The notes under the pieces: model-generated
Told to the model about the DNA's origin: nothing
Databases searched by the model: none
Seen by the model: only the letters and a program-made list of their open reading frames with translations
Position numbers and translations under genes: made by a program
Shown: positions 1 to 11,500 of the stretch, one piece after another
Layout of the letters: each line of letters starts with the position of its first letter
Numbering within the stretch: position 1 is the first letter of the stretch
Source of the DNA: a virus
Taxonomy: Duplodnaviria > Heunggongvirae > Uroviricota > Caudoviricetes
Virus record (IMG/VR): IMGVR_UViG_2718218098_000005
Coordinates: 1-40,480 of that record
Length of the DNA stretch: 40,480 nucleotides
Strand: one strand, 5' to 3'

Positions 1-387
1 TCACTTCTCCAGTGGCTTATACCGTACCTCTCCATAATTACCCCGACCAAACAGCCTGACGGCAGCATACATCAGCACCCTGCGCCAGCGGGGAACACCC
101 AGGACTTTCATGGCGTCCAGAAATATCCGGTCTGCCTCCGCTTTTGTCCTCAGCGCATTGTCGTACAGCCAGTCGTGGATAATCGCTGCCTTGGCATAAC
201 GCCCGTGTGGCGGAAATACGGACCACAGAATACGTGGTACGCTCGCAAGGTCTGTCACGTACCCCTCCGGTACATATATCACATCATCCGGACGCTCTGT
301 CTGCCAGAACTCAAAAGGTTCAACCAGCCGCCAGCGGTAATCACCGAGCATCTCCAGTACTGCGGGCGTGGTAAATTTACTCATCAT
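1..387 (-). CDS. DUF1353-like phage protein (128 aa), downstream of tfa
   Basis: ORF with stop at 1-3; start taken at second ATG pair (MMSKF) preceded by GGGAGGGAG, overlapping tfa stop; family name from memory of motif IIHDWLYD. Confidence 0.55.
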   Translation of the reverse strand: MMSKFTTPAVLEMLGDYRWRLVEPFEFWQTERPDDVIYVPEGYVTDLASVPRILWSVFPPHGRYAKAAIIHDWLYDNALRTKAEADRIFLDAMKVLGVPRWRRVLMYAAVRLFGRGNYGEVRYKPLEK

Positions 388-916
388 CTCCCTCCCATCC
401 GACAACAAACCGGTTAATTTCCTCTGTCACCGTCAGACGCTCAACAGCCTCTTTCATCTGCCGCTGACGCTCATGAATTTTAAAACCCCGCATCACCATT
501 GCCTGCAGCATTGCGCCATCCAGTTGTACCAGTTCTTCCGCCGTCAGTCTCACATCCCGGTTATCCACATCCGTCCAGAAAAAACCTTCAGGAAGTGCTC
601 CCGACTGTGCCACGGCTGTAACCGGAGACAGACGGCTGCGGGCAGCCTTACCACCATCCCAGCGGTGCCCATGCCACTCAAATATCACCCCCGCATTCTC
701 CTGTTCATCACGCCAGCGGCTGATTTCTGCCAGCTTGCGTTCACGGGCAATCTCCGCTGTTTCATTTTCTCCTGTCACCACATCCGTCTGTTCACGGTAC
801 ACCTCATCAGCCACCACCCTGCCATCCTCCGGCCAGCGACCGGCGTGTTCATAAACCGCCTTCAGTGCAACCGGATAAAACAGGTTACGTGATGGTGAGT
901 AAATATATTTACCCAT
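377..916 (-). CDS. tfa: Tail fiber assembly protein (Tfa-like), 179 aa
   Basis: N-terminus MGKYIYSPS typical of Tfa; RBS AAAGGAGAGAAC 5' of ATG at 916; directly follows tail fiber gene. Confidence 0.8.
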   Translation of the reverse strand: MGKYIYSPSRNLFYPVALKAVYEHAGRWPEDGRVVADEVYREQTDVVTGENETAEIARERKLAEISRWRDEQENAGVIFEWHGHRWDGGKAARSRLSPVTAVAQSGALPEGFFWTDVDNRDVRLTAEELVQLDGAMLQAMVMRGFKIHERQRQMKEAVERLTVTEEINRFVVGWEGDDE

Positions 917-926
917 GTTCTCTCCT

Positions 927-2096
927 TTAACATCCTGTTGCATACCAGTAAACCTCACCAAACCATTCATTTATGGTGCCAACGGTAAACCCGCTGTCTG
1001 TCATACTCATCACGCACGGCACGGTTGCTGATAAATCGTCCTTTACTGTCAGCTGGATATTCCACGGTCCCTGAGGAAACGGAACAGGAAAACGACACTG
1101 GTTACCGTAACGACCTGCAACGGCAAACACACCCCACTGTCTCATAATCCCTGTAGCCGTATCCCGCTCCCAGCCATTAATCCCTCCCTCGCCGGTATTA
1201 CGGTAGCGGGCATCCGACTCTGCCCTGCTGTAAGCATTATCACTGCCAGCTGGCCCACGTGGACCCGCGGGTCCCGTATCACCTCTGGGACCACGTGGCC
1301 CTGCCGGACCGGTGTCGCCTTTCAGCCCCTGTTCACCCTTCGGACCTGTGTCGCCTTTTGGTCCCCGTTCACCCTTCGGACCTGTGTCGCCTTTCGGACC
1401 AGGCTCACCCTTTGGCCCTGCGTCGCCTTTCGGCCCCTGAGGTCCTGGTACTCCCCGCTCTCCGGTATCACCTCTGGGTCCCTGTGGCCCCGCCGGACCG
1501 GTGTCCCCCCGGGGACCCTGCGGGCCGCCGGGGTCACCTTTTTCCCCTTTTTCGCCCCGCTCACCCCTGGGTCCCGGTACACCCTGTGCACCTGTCATGC
1601 CCCGCTCCCCTCTGGGGCCGGTCTCACCCCGGTCACCTTTCGGTCCTGGCTGCCCCTGCGGTCCCGTATTCCCTTTGTCCCCCTTCGGCCCCCGTGCATT
1701 TTCTGCCCGTCGGGCTGCTTCTTCCGCACGGGATTCACTCCCGCGTGCCCGTTCAAGGATTTCTGCAGCAACGGCCTCCAGCTCTGCCAGTGCTCTGGGA
1801 TATTCCGCCGCCGTTTCTTCATTCAGCAAAAACTCATTCAGCGTCCCTGCACGGGATTTTTCACTGACGGTTATCTCTCCGGCATACACCGGCGGATACC
1901 CTTCTGTCTGCAGAATGACGCTGTAATTCCCCGGCTCCACTGACATACTGTAGCGACCGGCATCACCGGGTTCACAGGAGGCCACGGTATGCACTATCAC
2001 TGTGGCACTGGTCCGTTTTGCCTTCAGCCGGATGACACATCCCGGCACCGCTTTTCCTGTACCGTCTTTCAGCACGCCTGAAATCTGTACTGCCAT
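927..2096 (-). CDS. Side tail fiber protein with prophage tail-fiber N-terminal domain and long collagen-like Gly-X-Y region
   Basis: ORF 927..2102 begins with GTG; ATG at 2096 has GGAG 5 nt upstream; ~49 consecutive G-X-Y triplets in translation. Confidence 0.8.
   Translation of the reverse strand: MAVQISGVLKDGTGKAVPGCVIRLKAKRTSATVIVHTVASCEPGDAGRYSMSVEPGNYSVILQTEGYPPVYAGEITVSEKSRAGTLNEFLLNEETAAEYPRALAELEAVAAEILERARGSESRAEEAARRAENARGPKGDKGNTGPQGQPGPKGDRGETGPRGERGMTGAQGVPGPRGERGEKGEKGDPGGPQGPRGDTGPAGPQGPRGDTGERGVPGPQGPKGDAGPKGEPGPKGDTGPKGERGPKGDTGPKGEQGLKGDTGPAGPRGPRGDTGPAGPRGPAGSDNAYSRAESDARYRNTGEGGINGWERDTATGIMRQWGVFAVAGRYGNQCRFPVPFPQGPWNIQLTVKDDLSATVPCVMSMTDSGFTVGTINEWFGEVYWYATGC
1247..1691. 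repeat. Collagen-like (Gly-X-Y)n coding repeat inside tail fiber gene
   Basis: Translation [26 protein letters not shown]... through [11 protein letters not shown]; repetitive GGN-CCN-rich DNA. Confidence 0.85.
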
Positions 2097-2107
2097 ACTC
2101 ACTCCAC

Positions 2108-2133
2108 AAAAAAGCCCGCCTGAACCGGCGGGC
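2108..2133 (-). terminator. Intrinsic terminator-like hairpin downstream of lom
   Basis: Minus strand reads AGCCCGCCGGTTCAGGCGGGCTTTTTTGTGG: 7-bp GC stem followed by T6. Confidence 0.6.
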
Positions 2134-2160
2134 TGTCATAACACTGTGTTACCTGGCTAA

Positions 2161-2760
2161 TCAGAATTTATAACCGACACCCACGATGAAACTGTTGGTA
2201 CGCCAGTCACCGCTGCCGGAGCCTTCATAAGCGACGTCAACGGCCACGGATTCGGTCGGGTTAAACTGCACGCCAGCTCCCCACGCCAGAGACGTGTTGC
2301 TGTGGCGACCGTCATCACTTCCGGTCAGCACATCGTGCGTTTTCCCCTTGTTGTCAGTTACGCGGATATAATCTCCGGAGAAAGTCGAAACACGGCTGTA
2401 AGCCATACCCGCCATCGCATACGCGCTGAACCATTCATTCACGCGCACAGACGGCCCCGCCATCACGCTGAACCAGCGGTTACGCACGGAATCTTCATGC
2501 CAGCGGGTATCGCTGTGATGCGTTTTTTGCTCATCTTCAGCGTTGGCATAACTGAATGACGTAATCAGCCCCAGCGTGTCCGTAAACTCATAACGGTATT
2601 TCACGTTAATCCCGTTCAGATTATCGCTGCCGGGAGCGTTCGTACGGGCATGAAGATACCCTGCGCTCAGTGTGGCCTGCTGCTCAGACGCCCATGCAGG
2701 CGCACCGGATACGGCCAGACAGATGGCTGCGGACAAAATGGCTGCACAAACTTTACGCAT
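2161..2760 (-). CDS. lom: Lom outer membrane protein (Ail/Lom family), 199 aa
   Basis: Near-identical to lambda Lom N-terminus [22 protein letters not shown] (signal peptide) and beta-barrel body; position after J. Confidence 0.92.
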   Translation of the reverse strand: MRKVCAAILSAAICLAVSGAPAWASEQQATLSAGYLHARTNAPGSDNLNGINVKYRYEFTDTLGLITSFSYANAEDEQKTHHSDTRWHEDSVRNRWFSVMAGPSVRVNEWFSAYAMAGMAYSRVSTFSGDYIRVTDNKGKTHDVLTGSDDGRHSNTSLAWGAGVQFNPTESVAVDVAYEGSGSGDWRTNSFIVGVGYKF

Positions 2761-2784
2761 AATTACCTCTCGCTTTTCTGCAAT

Positions 2785-2808
2785 AAAAAAGGCGCCATTT
2801 CTGGCGCC
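2785..2808 (-). terminator. Hairpin plus U-run between J and lom
   Basis: Minus strand GGCGCCAGAAATGGCGCC followed by TTTTTTATTG, 20 nt upstream of lom ATG. Confidence 0.5.
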
Positions 2809-2827
2809 CGTATATGGGGTATAAAAT

Positions 2828-5800
2828 TCAGCTGATACTGATGCCTGCGGTGGCTTTCTTCATCACCACAACCAGCAAATCACTGATACTTGCTGTGGGA
2901 TACCAGTCATTTACCAGCCATGCTGACACCGAAAACTCCAGCGTCATGTGACCGTGACCGGCAGGCATATCAATAACGCCACTGTAAATCAGCGTATTAT
3001 CCAGCGCGGTACGGTTATAAATTTCAGCACCGTTTTTCCGCACTATCAGACGGCATGAGGAGTAAATATCAGTATGCTCTCTCTCATGTTTAGCGCCGCT
3101 GAATGCCACCGCCGGAATAACAATCTGCCGGTCAAACGGCTGATTGTCATAAACCCTGACGGTAATGGTCCCTGATGGCCACCGTTCCGGTGCACGGGAG
3201 TCCCGGGGGAAAGCTTTGCCCACGGTTTTAACGAGATCACCTTCAATCTGGTTCGCGGACAGTTTTCCCAGAACCCGACAGTTCTCGTTAATCGTGACGT
3301 TGTTGAGCGTCCCGGCGTTCGCATTCACGTTACCGCTGATATCCGCATTTTTCGCCGTCAGCCGCCCATCCGGTGTCAGGGAAAATGCCGGAGGATGACC
3401 ACCACTGGTAATGGTGGGGGCCGTCAGGCGCTTCAGGAACACGTCGTTCATGAATATCTGGTTGCCCTGCGCCACAAACATCGGCGTTTCATTCCCGTTT
3501 GCCGGGTCAATAAACGCGATACGGTTAGCGGCAACCAGAAACTGACTCACCGTGTCCTCCATGCTGAGGCCAATACCCGCGACATAATGTCTGCCGTCTC
3601 TGGTCTGCTCAATTTTGACGCCCCACATGACATTCCATTTATCACTGGCGTCCTTCCACGCTTTCGAAAACTCCTCCAGTCTGCTGGCGTTATCCTCTGT
3701 CAGCTCGACTTTTTCCAGCAGCTCCTTGCCGAGATGGGATTCGGTTATCAGGCCTTTGAAAAAATCCAGGTAACCTTCGGCATCATCGCTCGCCCGACCG
3801 ACAGCCTCCACGAATGTCGATTTGCCGACGGTGTTCACACTGCGGATATAAAAGTAATAATCACGACCCGGTTTGATATTGATACTGGCGGCTATCCAGT
3901 ACAGCGCCGTACCAAGATAGCGGGCTGTGGTTTCAACCTGCCTGATATCCGCAATCCGTTTTTCCGAGAACCAGAACTCAAACTGTACCGTCGGATCATA
4001 AACCGCAAGATGCGGCGTGGCGGTTATCTGAAAATAGCCCGGCGTCAGCTCAATCCTCGACGGTGCTGCCGGTGCGGCAATCCGGAACGATACCGACGCC
4101 GGATCGCCCCGCTGCCCCCACGCATTTACCGCCCGGACCGTCAGCGTGTAACGCCCCAGCGCCAGCTGCCTGAAGCGGTATGTGGTTTCCGTCGTCCTGG
4201 CTGTACTGACCAGCCGCTCACTGCCGTCGTCCGCTGTTACGGTCAGGCGAAGCATAAAGCTCACCCCCTTCACCACCTTCGGTGTGTCCCAGCGCGCCAG
4301 CACCTGATATTCCCCGCTGTCTGCAGTGACTTCTGCGGTCAGGTGCTGCACCGCTGGCGGCGTGACACCATTCACCGTGCCGCTCTGGTCGCCGTCAAAG
4401 TGCGCCCCGTTATCCACGATGGCCTCTTTTTCCGGTACATGCTGCACGGCGGTGATGGCATACGTGCCGTCGTCGTTCTCACGGATACTCACGCAGCGGA
4501 ACAGGCGCTGGCGCAGCGTCGGCAGCTTCAGCCCCCACACGCTGTATTCAGCAACGCCGTCAGGAACCCGGCTCACTTTCACCTTCACGCCGTCGGTGAC
4601 GGACTGAACCTCCACGCTGACCGGATTGCCATTTCCGTCAACCAGGCTTATCAGCGTGGTGCCGGAGGATGGCAGCGTGATTTCACGGTCGAGCGTCAGC
4701 GTCCGGGTCTGGCTGTTCACCGCCAGCACGCGACCACCGGTGCTGATACCGGCATAGTCATCATCGCAGATTTCAATGACATCGCCCGGTACATGGCGAA
4801 GCCCTTCGGCACCCACGCTGAAGTCCACGGTCTGCGTTTCCAGCAGCTCCGTTTTAATCAGCCACAGCCCGGCGCGGTGCGCCTGCCCCCGGCTGGTACA
4901 GCCAAAGGCATCCATCTTCGTGACGTTACGACCGTAACGGGCAATGGCCTGCGTGTCCTCCACAAGCTCTGTCGCCGTCTGCCAGCCGTTGTCCGGGTCA
5001 ATCCAGTTCACCTCAACGGCATTATGGCGGTCCTTCAGGGCGCTGAAGCTGTAGCGGAACGGCGCGCCATCCTCCGGCATCACCACATTACTGCGGTTAT
5101 AGGTCCACACCTTATCCGACGGCCGGTCCTGCACGAACGTCAGCGTCTGCCCGTTCCATACCGGCATACAGCGCATCGCCGAGCAGAAATCACTGAGCAC
5201 ATCCCACGCCTTACGCTGCGTGGTCAGCCACGCATTACAGGTGATGCGCGGCTCCGTGCCGCCAGAGCCGTCCGGCACTGACTGGTCGCAGTACTGGCCG
5301 ATGGCGTACAGCGCCCATTTGTCCACGTCCGCCGCGCCAAGACGTTTCCCCATACCGTAGCGCGGGTGGGTCAGCATATCCCACAGACACCAGGCCGGGT
5401 TGTCACTGTATGCCGGTTTGAGGGTGCCGTCCCAGATACCGCTGTATTGCCGTGTCTGCGGGTTATAGTTCGACGGCACCTGCAGAATACGCCCACGGAA
5501 ATGGTAAGTGCGGCTCACCTGCTGGCTGCCGAACTGCTCCGAATCCACCTGCACGCCGACCAGTGCCGTGTTCGGGTGGCATTGTTTCACATCGATGATT
5601 TCGGTGTATGACGACCAGAGCGTTTTGTTCTGCAGCTGGTCTGTGGTGCTGTCCGGCGTCAGCCTGCGCATCCGGATATTAAACGGGCGCGGCGGCAGGT
5701 TACCCACCACCACCGAGGCCAGATACTGTGAGGTGGTTTTTCCCTTAATGGTGATGTCTTTTTCCGTCACCCAGCCACCGTTACGTTGTATCTGAACCAG

Positions 5801-6211
5801 CAGGCGGACTTCCGACGGATTCCGGTCCCCCTTTGAGGTGGTTTCCACCAGTGCCTGCACACCAAAGGTCAGGCGCAGACGGTCGATGTTTGCAGACGTG
5901 ATGGTCCGGGTAATCGGCGTGTCGTACTTCACTTCCGTACCCAGCACCGTCTCGGAGCCGGAGGATTCAAATCCCTCCGGCGGTGTCTGCTCCTGCTCAC
6001 CTGCCCGGAACACCGCCGTGACACCGGAAAAACTGGCATGTCCTTCCCGGTCCAGCACCGGCGTACCGTTCAGAAACACGCTTTTTAATCCGTCCACCGG
6101 ACCATAAACCGGCCCTTCGCTGATGGCATCAATCACACTCAGCATCTGGGATGATTTCAGGTTATCCTTCGCTTCACGCGGGGTATGCCCCTTACTGCTG
6201 CCTTTACCCAT
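2828..6211 (-). CDS. J: Tail tip / host specificity protein J, 1127 aa
   Basis: Full-length match by recollection to lambda J ([20 protein letters not shown]... through C-terminal receptor-binding region). Confidence 0.95.
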   Translation of the reverse strand: MGKGSSKGHTPREAKDNLKSSQMLSVIDAISEGPVYGPVDGLKSVFLNGTPVLDREGHASFSGVTAVFRAGEQEQTPPEGFESSGSETVLGTEVKYDTPITRTITSANIDRLRLTFGVQALVETTSKGDRNPSEVRLLVQIQRNGGWVTEKDITIKGKTTSQYLASVVVGNLPPRPFNIRMRRLTPDSTTDQLQNKTLWSSYTEIIDVKQCHPNTALVGVQVDSEQFGSQQVSRTYHFRGRILQVPSNYNPQTRQYSGIWDGTLKPAYSDNPAWCLWDMLTHPRYGMGKRLGAADVDKWALYAIGQYCDQSVPDGSGGTEPRITCNAWLTTQRKAWDVLSDFCSAMRCMPVWNGQTLTFVQDRPSDKVWTYNRSNVVMPEDGAPFRYSFSALKDRHNAVEVNWIDPDNGWQTATELVEDTQAIARYGRNVTKMDAFGCTSRGQAHRAGLWLIKTELLETQTVDFSVGAEGLRHVPGDVIEICDDDYAGISTGGRVLAVNSQTRTLTLDREITLPSSGTTLISLVDGNGNPVSVEVQSVTDGVKVKVSRVPDGVAEYSVWGLKLPTLRQRLFRCVSIRENDDGTYAITAVQHVPEKEAIVDNGAHFDGDQSGTVNGVTPPAVQHLTAEVTADSGEYQVLARWDTPKVVKGVSFMLRLTVTADDGSERLVSTARTTETTYRFRQLALGRYTLTVRAVNAWGQRGDPASVSFRIAAPAAPSRIELTPGYFQITATPHLAVYDPTVQFEFWFSEKRIADIRQVETTARYLGTALYWIAASINIKPGRDYYFYIRSVNTVGKSTFVEAVGRASDDAEGYLDFFKGLITESHLGKELLEKVELTEDNASRLEEFSKAWKDASDKWNVMWGVKIEQTRDGRHYVAGIGLSMEDTVSQFLVAANRIAFIDPANGNETPMFVAQGNQIFMNDVFLKRLTAPTITSGGHPPAFSLTPDGRLTAKNADISGNVNANAGTLNNVTINENCRVLGKLSANQIEGDLVKTVGKAFPRDSRAPERWPSGTITVRVYDNQPFDRQIVIPAVAFSGAKHEREHTDIYSSCRLIVRKNGAEIYNRTALDNTLIYSGVIDMPAGHGHMTLEFSVSAWLVNDWYPTASISDLLVVVMKKATAGISIS

Positions 6212-6271
6212 TCCTCACGCTCCGTAAACGACAAAACCGCCCGCAGGCGGTTTCACATAAAACGTTCTTCA

Positions 6272-6907
6272 TCAGCGACCAATCACCACAACCTGACCAC
6301 CATCCCCTTCGTCTGCCGTGCTGATCTCCTGCGAAATCACCCGCGATCCCACGCGCATTTCCCCGTACAGAACGGGCAGAACATTGCCCTGGGCAATCAT
6401 GTTATCCAGTGAGGAGAAATAGGTGTTCTGTTTGCCGTTATCCGTGGTCTGCGTGCGTGGTGTTTTCGGTTTCGGTGCCAGCATCTGCGCCACACCGCCC
6501 AGCATCATGGCCACCCCAAGATTACCGATAACGGCCCCAACCCCGGTCCAGCTCAGGGCATACCCCACCACAGCCAGCACCGCACCGGCCACAATCTGAA
6601 AAACACCACCGTTTTTTGCCCCGGCTGTCCGCGGGAGCAAATGTATCACTGCGCCGTCAGGAAGTGGCTCATGCAGACGGGCGGACAGTTCACCTTCACC
6701 GGTGTCCTTCCCCGCAATCCGCAACTGATACCAGCCCTGCGACAGATGCTGACGAAAACCGGGAAGCAGTAATGACAGTGCCCGGATGGCTTCAGCCCCC
6801 GTTTTCACACGCAGGTCGATACGGCGGCCAAATCGTTGCAAATCCCCGTAAAGGCAGATGCGTGCCATGCCCGGTGCCGCCAGACGGAGTGTGTGCGTCG
6901 CAGCCAT
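6272..6907 (-). CDS. I: Tail assembly protein I
   Basis: MAATHTL..ARICLYGDLQRFGRRIDLRV.. and C-terminus ..EISTADEGDGGQVVVIGR as in lambda I; overlaps K 3' end. Confidence 0.9.
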   Translation of the reverse strand: MAATHTLRLAAPGMARICLYGDLQRFGRRIDLRVKTGAEAIRALSLLLPGFRQHLSQGWYQLRIAGKDTGEGELSARLHEPLPDGAVIHLLPRTAGAKNGGVFQIVAGAVLAVVGYALSWTGVGAVIGNLGVAMMLGGVAQMLAPKPKTPRTQTTDNGKQNTYFSSLDNMIAQGNVLPVLYGEMRVGSRVISQEISTADEGDGGQVVVIGR

Positions 6908-7548
6908 TTATCGGTATACCTCTCTCGTTTGCTCAGTTGTTCAGGAATATGGTGCAGCAGCTCACCGTCGCCGCAGTAAATGGCGGCATGATTCGGCACC
7001 GGTGAACCAAAACAGCACAGCAGCACATCGCCCGGCTGCGCCTCTGTCAGTGCGACACGGTAAAAACCCGTCGCCTCCAGATTATCCAGATAGAGATTCT
7101 GACCGTGACGCCACCAGTCATCCCCGCGATGAAAATCCGGCATCTCAATCCCCGCCAGATGATAAGCATCCCGGAACAGCGTGTAACAGTCCGTCACCCC
7201 GTGCTCAAAGCGCCGCCCGGTAAGATGCGGCACACAACGGAACTTGTGAATCGCCCCCCGGCAGACCAGCCACCACGGCAAATCACTCTGCACCTGCAGC
7301 CGCCGGTCGGCCTCACTCAGCCAGGGCAGACCACCGGGATGACTGTGGACCAGCGCCACAATCTCACCCTGCATTTCTGCCTGCAGCCAGTCTTCCGGCG
7401 ACATCCGGAAATACGCCTCCGGCTCACCGGAGATATTCATGCAGGGAAAATATCTTTCCCCCTCCGGCGTTCTCACCACGAAGCCGCACGACTCCGCTGG
7501 CGCACATCGCCGGGCGTGCGCCAGAATCGCTGATTCTGTCTGTGTCAT
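6805..7548 (-). CDS. K: Tail assembly protein K (NlpC/P60 + JAB/MPN-like)
   Basis: MTQTESAILAHARRCAPAESCGFVV..HSHPGG motif as in lambda K; start at ATG 7548 rather than ORF-track start 7557. Confidence 0.88.
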   Translation of the reverse strand: MTQTESAILAHARRCAPAESCGFVVRTPEGERYFPCMNISGEPEAYFRMSPEDWLQAEMQGEIVALVHSHPGGLPWLSEADRRLQVQSDLPWWLVCRGAIHKFRCVPHLTGRRFEHGVTDCYTLFRDAYHLAGIEMPDFHRGDDWWRHGQNLYLDNLEATGFYRVALTEAQPGDVLLCCFGSPVPNHAAIYCGDGELLHHIPEQLSKRERYTDKWLRRTHSVWRHRAWHASAFTGICNDLAAVSTCV

Positions 7549-7553
7549 GATAA

Positions 7554-8252
7554 TCACTGCGAAAGTTTGTTAATGGAAAGGAAGCCGCCAAAGTTGCCGA
7601 CGTTATTGCGAAACTTGCAACCACTCAGGCATTTGCTGCACTTATCCTTCGTGATATCGGACGTCGGCTGGTCATATTCATCCGCGACAGCCGGACCGTG
7701 ATAACCGCACTCATCACCGCGATAGGTCCAGGTGCAGGTATTAGCCAGCATGATGCGCCCCGGGAAAACGGCACCATCCGTTTCCGTCGGCGTGGACAGT
7801 ACAAAGGAAGCACTGATTGCCGTCAGCTCGCTGCACTGCTCGATGCGCCAGCGGCTGATCACTTCCTGCTCCGGATCGGCGTCACGGTTTCCATTAACAA
7901 AGTTCACCGCATCCAGAAAACGGGCGTAAACCTTACGCCGGACCACCGTTCCGCCGACCAGACTCTGCAGATCTTCCACCATACCGGTGACCATACCGTA
8001 CAGGTTAGAGACTTTCAGCGTTGGCCTTGCACTGGCTCCTTTGCCGTTCATCTCAAATCCACTTCCCTGAATGGGATAAGCCTGATACTGCCGCCCCTGC
8101 CAGATGACCGGCTCACCTTTTTCGTTCTGCTCATTACAGAAGAAATAACGATCTCCGCCGACCTCTGTCAGATCGATTTCCCAGAGCACGACCAGCGCGG
8201 ATTGCTCCGTTTTAGTGCACTCATTGAGTGTTTCCTGCTGTATATCCTGCAT
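7554..8252 (-). CDS. L: Minor tail protein L
   Basis: MQDI.QETLNEC..LWEIDLTEVGG..; C-terminal CSKCLSGCKF Fe-S-type Cys cluster as in lambda L; ATGA overlap with M stop. Confidence 0.92.
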   Translation of the reverse strand: MQDIQQETLNECTKTEQSALVVLWEIDLTEVGGDRYFFCNEQNEKGEPVIWQGRQYQAYPIQGSGFEMNGKGASARPTLKVSNLYGMVTGMVEDLQSLVGGTVVRRKVYARFLDAVNFVNGNRDADPEQEVISRWRIEQCSELTAISASFVLSTPTETDGAVFPGRIMLANTCTWTYRGDECGYHGPAVADEYDQPTSDITKDKCSKCLSGCKFRNNVGNFGGFLSINKLSQ

Positions 8253-8593
8253 CAGTGAGTGACCTCTTCAAAGGTACAGTTAAAATCGGTATACATGGCA
8301 TTATCCGAAATGCTCCACTCCCTGCAGACAACCCGGACAGTCCTGTTGTGTTTTGGCGGACGCCACAAAAAAGCACGAATCCCGGCATGACGGGATAAAA
8401 AACTGTCCAGCGCGGCACGGGAATATTCATCTGTGACACGAAATACCGGTTTAAACGTTTTCAGATCCGCATTCAGACCACCAGCCCGTCGCTGTTCATA
8501 TCCGTCACCAAACTTTACCGTAATAACTGATGGCTTTCGTGTCGTCTCCATCCCCTCACGGGGGATCCAGTTAAAAACTTCAGGCTCAGGCAC
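8252..8593 (-). CDS. M: Minor tail protein M
   Basis: ..VKFGDGYEQR.AGGLNA.LKT.. matches lambda M core; start set at GTG 8593 with GGAGGA 7 nt upstream (aligns with lambda M N-terminus); ORF-track start 8638 likely too long. Confidence 0.75.
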   Translation of the reverse strand: MPEPEVFNWIPREGMETTRKPSVITVKFGDGYEQRRAGGLNADLKTFKPVFRVTDEYSRAALDSFLSRHAGIRAFLWRPPKHNRTVRVVCREWSISDNAMYTDFNCTFEEVTH

Positions 8594-11500
8594 TGTACAA
8601 TCCTCCATCCCGACGCGATGACTGCATAATTGACACAACCCTGCTGTCGATCAGATCCACCAGTCCCCTGGCTGAGCGCGCATCTATCTCGCCATTGCTC
8701 CCTTGATTCTGAATGCTGATGTGATACACGGGAGAATAAACAAATCCACCGCCACCATTCACATTTCCAATGGCCCTGACCCCAAGAGAGCCGTCCGCTG
8801 CCCGTGTCAGTGGCATGATTGCTTCAGGCCCGGCCTCGCCCATCAACCCGGCACCTTTCGCAAAAGCAAAATACGTCGGTGTATCCACAATAGTGTTACT
8901 GTAAGCACTCAGATTTGCCGATGTGTAAACACCACCTTTTGCGTTTGCCACTGCCCCCGAAATCCATCCGCCGACCGTACCAAGCCACCCTCCGGCACCG
9001 GAGAGTGATTTCAGTCCGTTAACAATGGCTGCATTCATCAGAATTTTTGAAACTTCCCGGAGAACTGAACTCCCCCAGTTCCTCCAGTCCACAACATTCC
9101 CGGCCAGTGCATCGGAAATATTTGATACCAGCCCGTCCATCGTGGAAACGACAGCATCTGCCGCCTGTGAAGCATAATCGGTGGCACTGTCTGCCCAGTT
9201 GGTCAGTCCCTCCTGGAGTCCGGCATTCCAGTTATTACGTAAAGCATCGGCCTTTGCATAATAATCCTGCTGATCGCTGAGACGCTCTTCCAGATATTTT
9301 TTATTCAGTTCTTTCTCCTGTTTCCACAGGGCTTCTTCAATTTCTCCGGCCTGATACTGTCTCAGCAGCTCGTTATTTTTCTGCTCAAACGCCTGCCGGA
9401 TACTCCACATTTCCTGGAGTCGTTCACGCATCCGTGAGCCTTCACCATATCCCAGCAACTGCGCGTAGTCAGATGCCCGGGCACTGGCATTACTGTCTGC
9501 CAGACTGCTCTCATACGCAGCAAGCTGCTCACGAATCTTTTTCTGGTCGATGAGTGCTGCATTCTGCAAAAGCGTTTTTTTCTGCGCTTCTGACAGGGTT
9601 GATAATTCGCCCTGACTGACCTGATATTTCATCTTAGCCAGTTCAGTATTCTGCCCTGCCAGTGCTATTTGTTCTTTTTGCTGTTTAATCAGCCGTTTAT
9701 AAATATCTTCTGTTTTTTCCGCTTCGGTCTTTTTATGCGCTTTTGGTTTATTTGCCTGGTTATTTCGCCAGGCATCCAGTGAGTTATTGATATAATTCTG
9801 TCTGGCTGTCTGATACGCCTCTCCCACAAAGCCGAGATCATCCGCAGCATAACCCAGGCGGGCACGCTCACGGGCTTCCCCCTTCAGGCGGGACAGAGCC
9901 AGTTCGCGCTCGCTGTTATTCAGTGCGGTCTGCTGTTTATCATCCAGGGTTGCCTGTGGTAGCCGTAACGGTACATTCACCAGCCCCTGTCGCTGCTGAA
10001 GTAATTCATTACCGAGGCCGAGAAGGCGATTAAACTCGGTATGCTGCCCATTCATGATCAACAGGGACTGATACGCTTTGTTTTGTTCCGCTGCCTGTTG
10101 ACGGATCAACGTCACCCGTCGCTCCTCCAGCCCGGCAAGCACATCCTGAATGGATTGCGCTTTGCCCTGCATTTGTGTGAGACGGGACTGTTCAACTGCC
10201 AGTTGATTTGTTGCTTCTGCAAGCCCTTCTGTGACAGTTTTTACCGACGTCATGTGGTTAATCATAAAACCGTTATCGGTTGTCCAGCCCGGGTTTGCCA
10301 GCACATACTGATAGCCAGCAATTTTTTCCTGTAAGGATTTAATCTTACTTTTCTGCTCGTCAATTAACCTGTTTTGCTCATCAAGTGCCTGCCGCGTCTT
10401 TTCCTCATTATCTGACGCTTCAGGAAGCGACATTGCCGACGTTTTCTGGCGAATTTCGTCGATTGTTGCGGCATACTGGCGTGCAGATTCTCTGGCCTGC
10501 TCCTGATTCTGATACATCGTGTACCAGGCCGCGGCCCCCAGCATGACAAGCCCCGGCACCCCACCAACCAGTCCCAGTGCTCCACTTAACAGACGACTTC
10601 CCACTGACGTGACAGTATTCAGCGTTGTCTGTGCTGCTGTTCTGGCCGCAATATTACGGGTAAGTGATGCCTGGGCAGCAGCCAGTTTCGCTTCTGCGGC
10701 TGCCTGCCTTTCGGTACCGCGAGCAGCAACAACCGCCTGTTGCGCACGATAAACCGCCGCACGCGCCCTGGCTGTTGCTATCTGTATCCCCCGGAGCTGC
10801 GCTTCCGCAAGAGCCACTTCGTTTCTGGCTGCAGTAATTAATCCGGCAGTTGCAGATCCAGCAGAAGACGCCATATTGCCAAAATATCGGGCTACCCCGA
10901 CGGCAACCAGAGCACCGGCAGCGGTTGCCACAGTGTCAATATTGCCTGCAATACCATTCAGCACACCGGAGAGCGTCTTCGTCACTCCGCTTGCCTCGTT
11001 CGCACCACCAACCCAGGCCATAAAGGCGTTTTCAACTTTGGTTACAGAGGATGAAACCGTATCAGGCATTGCCGCATATTCATCACGTAATGCCCCAAGC
11101 TGACTAATCAGTGCAGGAACAACCTTATCGGCGGTCAACTTTCCGTTATCCGCCATGGCCTTCAGATCCTTACGGGCAACCCCCATTCCCGCAGCCAGCG
11201 CACGAATAACACGATCGCCGTTCTCATTCACCGAGTTAAACTCTTCACCGCGCAGCACTCCCTGCGCCAGTGCCTGACTGAACTGCGTGATCACCGAACT
11301 GGCTTCTGCTGTACTGGCACCGGATAATTTCAGGCCCGTGGAGATCGCCTCGGTGACTTTCAGTACCTCCTCAGAACTGTAACCATACTCCCGCATGGAA
11401 GCTGCAGAACGGGCAAAAAGGCTGGCGTTATCAGAAAACGCCGTCCCCGTTCTCTGGCTGATCGCCATTAATTCACGCTGTGATGCCTGAAAATCATCAC

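Noticed and set aside
1259-1926. Plus- and minus-strand Pro/Arg-rich ORFs (1259..1867, 1501..1926, 1322..1591, 1595..1822)
   Set aside because: Alternative frames of the collagen-like repeat; repeat periodicity keeps several frames open
3395-5281. 628-aa plus-strand ORF
   Set aside because: Lies entirely antisense within the J gene; no RBS, Arg/Pro/His-rich composition typical of shadow ORFs in GC-rich coding DNA
6616-7533. Plus-strand ORFs 6616..7005, 6858..7223, 7105..7533
   Set aside because: Antisense to I and K genes; no RBS or motifs
7549-7557. ORF-track start of K at 7557 (MIIMTQ)
   Set aside because: Lambda K begins MTQTES; upstream codons overlap L stop region without RBS
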